DNA of 64,000 nt. Origin: Vulcanimicrobiota bacterium. GTDB taxonomy: Bacteria; Vulcanimicrobiota; Vulcanimicrobiia; Eremiobacterales; Eremiobacteraceae. Within the stretch, counting starts at the first letter, position 1, and every line of letters starts with the position of its first letter. Shown piece by piece: positions 60,608 through 64,000 of this stretch. The position numbers were made by a program, and so were the translations under genes. The stretch covers positions 1,440,001 to 1,504,000 of the forward strand of contig CAWETU010000001.1 in the NCBI GenBank assembly GCA_963812135.1, in the 5' to 3' direction. The notes under the pieces are model-generated. The model ran no database searches. It saw only the letters and a program-made list of their open reading frames with translations, and was not told where the DNA came from.

Positions 60608-61107
60608 GGATCATCGCCGTACTCGCGATCGCGCTCGGTTGTTTGGTCATCACGGCCTGCAGCTCGCCGCCGCCGCCGGCGGGACCGGTGCGCGTCGCTA
60701 CGCGGCCGGACGTCGGACCGCCGCCGGCGGTCTCCACGCCGGTGCCGATCGTCGTCTCTAAGCCAAACCCGAACGCCGGCAGAGCCGATCCATTCGTCGT
60801 GTTGTACAGCGCCGGAGCATCGCGGCCGAACCGGGTGGCGGGGAATCGCTTCCCGCGCATCCCGACTTTGCCGGGGTTCGAAGGCGCGCCGAACGGCCTC
60901 AAACCCGCTTCGGTGTGGGATGGCGTGCGCGTGAGCGGCATCGTGCAGGCCAACGGATATTCCGCCATCATCGAGGCGGATGGGAAATCATATGTCGCAC
61001 GTGAGGGCGATTCGATCGCCGGCAAGTTCCGCGTCGTGGCCATCGGGCCCGGATATGTCACGCTTTCATCTGCTGAAGGCGTGCGCAACTTCTCGCTAGG
61101 GGGTTAA
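60604..61107 (+). CDS. PilP-like lipoprotein
   Basis: Lipobox ITAC, GRADPF, VSGIV...AIIE...Y.AREGD; sits between pilO and pilQ. Confidence 0.78.
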   Translation: MRIIAVLAIALGCLVITACSSPPPPAGPVRVATRPDVGPPPAVSTPVPIVVSKPNPNAGRADPFVVLYSAGASRPNRVAGNRFPRIPTLPGFEGAPNGLKPASVWDGVRVSGIVQANGYSAIIEADGKSYVAREGDSIAGKFRVVAIGPGYVTLSSAEGVRNFSLGG

Positions 61108-61109
61108 CC

Positions 61110-63065
61110 ATGCAAGGGCACTATCGGTCGATCGCGACCTGGCTAATGGGAGGGCTGCTCGTCGTGAGCATCATGGCCCTCGCGCGGCCGGGCGCCGGCG
61201 CGACGAGCTCGGTGACCGACGTCCATTACGGCACCGTCGACGGCGCGTTCAAACTGACCGTCGTGACGAGTGGCGCCGTGACGACGCAGGTGCATCGATA
61301 TTCGGTCGACTCCGCAAGCGACGTCCAGGATCTCGTGATCGACGTGACGCCGGCTGCGTACGACGGCCGCACGAAGGTGATCGCCTTCTCCGACGGACCG
61401 ATCCACCAAGTGCGCGTCGGCCAGCTGTCGCCGGCGGTCATGCGCATCGTGGTCGAATCCAAGGGCTCGGCGAAGTACGACCTGAACCAAAAGGACGGCG
61501 AGAAGTCGGTAACCCTAGCGCTGACGACCTCGCAGCAACCGCATGCGCTCGATCCTGCCGCCGCCGCGGCCGCGGCACGGGCAGCTGGCGCGCGCCAAAC
61601 GCAAGCGCTCAGCGCCGACATGTCCACGACGCCTGCGCAGCACACGTCCCTCGTCCCCGCACCGGCGGTGGTCGCCGCGGCGAAGCCCGTGGCGGTCGAA
61701 GCGCCGGTCAAACCGGTCGTGCACTCCGCGCCGGAAGTCGTCGCCAAGGCGACGCCCAACCCGTGGTTGCCGGGCGGCAAGTACTATTGCAAGGTGCCGG
61801 GCATGCCTGGATATCACGGCGGCCACTCGACCAGCAGCGCGAGCGTCGCGCCCTCGATGTCCGGGCCGTCGTATCCGTCCTCGCCTTCGCGAAGCACGAG
61901 CACCGCGATGGCGCCGCCAGGCACCGTCTCGATCGACATCAAGAACGGCGACCTGCTCGACGTCATCAAGCTGCTGGCGCAAGAGAGCGGCCAGAATATC
62001 GTCGCGACGGCCTCCGTCAAGGGCACGACCACGATCAGCCTGCACAACGTGCCGTTGCGCGAGGCGCTCGATCTGATCGTGCGCACCAACGGCCTCGAAT
62101 ACCGCCAGGTTGGCAACATCTACGTCGTCGGCACGCCGGACGAGCTTGCCAGGCAATTCGGGTCCTCGGGCCAGGCTGCGCAAACGGTTGCCTTCCCGAT
62201 ACGCTACGCCACCCCGGCTGATCTGGCGAAGCAGCTCAGCACCGTGTTGCCAGCCAGCGCGTTCACCATCGACACCCGCACCGACACGCTGCTCGTGAGC
62301 GGCACGCCCGAGGTCATCCAGACGGCGCGCAACTTCATGGCGCTCGAAGATGTACCGGCGCCGCAGGTCGTGTTCGAAGTGAAAGTCATCGATGTCACCA
62401 AGAACAATGACACGACGAACGTCGGCATCGACTGGGCGGGCAGCTCGACGCTCGGCCTCTTCGAGAACTGCATCACCTGCACGACGTTCACAACGGGGCC
62501 GAACCCGCCAGAGCAGTCGGGTAACCCGATCACGTTCCAACCATTCACCCGCAACGCGCTGTTCATCTCTGCGAAGATCAACTATTTGATCGCGCACAAC
62601 CAGGCGTCGTTGCTCGCCGATCCGCGCGTCGAAGCGCTCGACAACCAGCAAGCGAAGATCCTGGTCGGCCAGACCTACCCGATCGTGTACTACTCCTCGC
62701 AGGCCGGCCAGTTCCAAGTCAACTACATCGACGTCGGCGTGATCTTGCAGGTGACGCCGGTGATCAACACGGACGGCTACATCACGACGACCATGCACGT
62801 GGAGCGCAGCACGATCGCGGGCTTGGTCGCGAACCAGTATCCGATCCTGAATAACCGCAAGATCGATGCGATTCTGCGCGTCAAGGACGGGGATACGATC
62901 GTCATGGGCGGCTTGGTCGACGACGAGTTCACGAGGACGACCACCAAGGTGCCGCTGCTCGGCGATATCCCGGTGCTCGGCGCGCTGTTCAAGAACGTGA
63001 ACCAGACCAAACTGCACAACGAGATCGTCTTCCTGATCACTCCGCACATCGTCGCGGAGCATTGA
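61110..63065 (+). CDS. pilQ: Type IV pilus secretin (AMIN-like + N domains + secretin)
   Basis: VRVGQL...MRIVV, IDTRTDTLLV, QVVFEVKVI, VGVILQVTP, KVPLLGDIPVLGALFK, FLITPHIV. Confidence 0.93.
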   Translation: MQGHYRSIATWLMGGLLVVSIMALARPGAGATSSVTDVHYGTVDGAFKLTVVTSGAVTTQVHRYSVDSASDVQDLVIDVTPAAYDGRTKVIAFSDGPIHQVRVGQLSPAVMRIVVESKGSAKYDLNQKDGEKSVTLALTTSQQPHALDPAAAAAAARAAGARQTQALSADMSTTPAQHTSLVPAPAVVAAAKPVAVEAPVKPVVHSAPEVVAKATPNPWLPGGKYYCKVPGMPGYHGGHSTSSASVAPSMSGPSYPSSPSRSTSTAMAPPGTVSIDIKNGDLLDVIKLLAQESGQNIVATASVKGTTTISLHNVPLREALDLIVRTNGLEYRQVGNIYVVGTPDELARQFGSSGQAAQTVAFPIRYATPADLAKQLSTVLPASAFTIDTRTDTLLVSGTPEVIQTARNFMALEDVPAPQVVFEVKVIDVTKNNDTTNVGIDWAGSSTLGLFENCITCTTFTTGPNPPEQSGNPITFQPFTRNALFISAKINYLIAHNQASLLADPRVEALDNQQAKILVGQTYPIVYYSSQAGQFQVNYIDVGVILQVTPVINTDGYITTTMHVERSTIAGLVANQYPILNNRKIDAILRVKDGDTIVMGGLVDDEFTRTTTKVPLLGDIPVLGALFKNVNQTKLHNEIVFLITPHIVAEH

Positions 63066-63086
63066 CACAAGACGCGCTTAGGAACA

Positions 63087-63120
63087 GCGGGGGTGGCTGC
63101 GGCCGCCCCCGTATGCTTTT
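63087..63120 (+). terminator. Hairpin/terminator after pilQ
   Basis: GCGGGGGTGGC-TGCG-GCCGCCCCCGT followed by ATGCTTTT. Confidence 0.5.
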
Positions 63121-63129
63121 GCTGAGAAG

Positions 63130-64000
63130 ATGATACGCTATCTCACCGCCGGCGAGTCGCACGGCCCGGCCTTGGTCGGCATCATCGACGGCCTGCCGGC
63201 CGGCCTGCGCATCGACATGGAGCAGCTCGGGCGCGAGGTGGCCGCGCGCCAAGCCGGCTACGGGCGCGGCGGCCGGATGAAGATCGAAGTCGGATTCGGT
63301 CGAATTTCTCGCCGGTATACGCGGCGGGCGTGACGCTCGGCTCGCCGATCGCGCTCGATCATCGCCAACAAGGACTTCCACAACGTGCGCGAGCTGATGG
63401 ATCCGCTCACCGGCGCGGGACCGGCGATCACGCGGCCGCGGCCCGGGCACGCGGACTACGCGGGCGCGCTCAAATACCGGCATCGCGATCTGCGCAACGT
63501 GTTGGAGCGGGCAAGCGCGCGCGAGACCGCGATGCGCGTGGCGCTCGGCGCCCTCGCGCGGCAATACCTGGGTGTGTTCGGCGTCACAGTTGGGGGATAC
63601 GTCAGACAGATCGGCGATGTGACGGCCCTCGAGCAAGCGGAGGCGCCCGATAAAGAGAGTATAGACAGGTCACCCGTGCGTTGTCCGGACGCAGAGGCGT
63701 CCGCGCGAATGGTCGCGCGTATCGATGCGGCCAAGAGCGAAGGCGACACGCTGGGCGGCGTGTTTGAGATCCGGGTGCGGCAGATGCCGGTCGGCATCGG
63801 CAGCAACCGGCAGCCGGCAGAGCGTCTCGATGCGCGGCTCGCGGCGGCGTTGATGAGCATTCAGACCGCGAAGGCGGTCGAGTTCGGCAACGTTGCCAGC
63901 GACCTCGTGGGGAGCCGCTCGCACGACACCTTCGAGGCGCGCGAAGGCGCGGTGGCGCGGGGCAGCAACCGGGCCGGGGGCATCGAAGGCGGCATGAGCA
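63130..64000 (+). CDS. aroC: Chorismate synthase (runs off the window; apparent frameshifts at ~63290-63360)
   Basis: [47 protein letters not shown]. Confidence 0.95.

Noticed and set aside
27562..64000. Frameshifts in rseP, ispG, several sugar genes, both pilins, pilO and aroC as pseudogenes, programmed frameshifts or phase variation
   Set aside because: They hit housekeeping genes, sometimes cancel out within a gene, leave the motifs intact and show no long slippery tracts. This pattern fits long-read indel errors; read polishing would settle it.

Overview
High-GC bacterial chromosome segment, gene-dense, with no rRNA, tRNA, CRISPR array, transposase or prophage that I could see. It is inferred to be from Ca. 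Eremiobacterota/Vulcanimicrobiota or a similar Terrabacteria diderm, based on the expanded 'MSLEL..IAATA.AAIVQL.H' membrane family, Firmicutes-like synteny together with a secretin, and an archaeal-type ProRS. From left to right: RDD protein, O-methyltransferase and YceI; an operon of alpha/beta hydrolase, DUF302, PRTase and erythromycin-esterase genes with a divergent PNPOx-like gene; beta-oxidation genes; a peptide ABC substrate-binding protein; an uncharacterised ATP-grasp-like ligase; a NodIJ-like exporter; the rpsB-tsf-pyrH-frr-(no uppS)-cdsA-dxr-rseP-ispG-proS core block; envelope genes (deacetylase, Amj-like flippase, GT-C/GtrA module); glpX-yqeG-aroE; a CDP-glucose-derived methylated-sugar cluster plus hddA; and a type IV pilus locus (pilT, pilC, two pilins, pilD, pilMNOPQ) ending at aroC. 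The most notable observations: (1) the pilus locus embeds its own SigB/F-type sigma factor and a cAMP-CRP, has a near-consensus CRP box upstream of the first pilin, and has sigma28/FliA-type promoters upstream of crp and pilM (a partial one upstream of pilT); (2) an unannotated 23-aa membrane microprotein sits between pilT and pilC; (3) a GTAG-type REP palindrome occurs nine times, always in one orientation and partly inside coding sequences; (4) a four-way-junction RNA lies in the rpsB leader; (5) a metallothionein-like peptide is coupled to one of three DUF4760-like paralogs. Frameshifts in rseP, ispG, the sugar genes, the pilins, pilO and aroC are most likely long-read indel errors. All family assignments come from motif recognition, not database searches.
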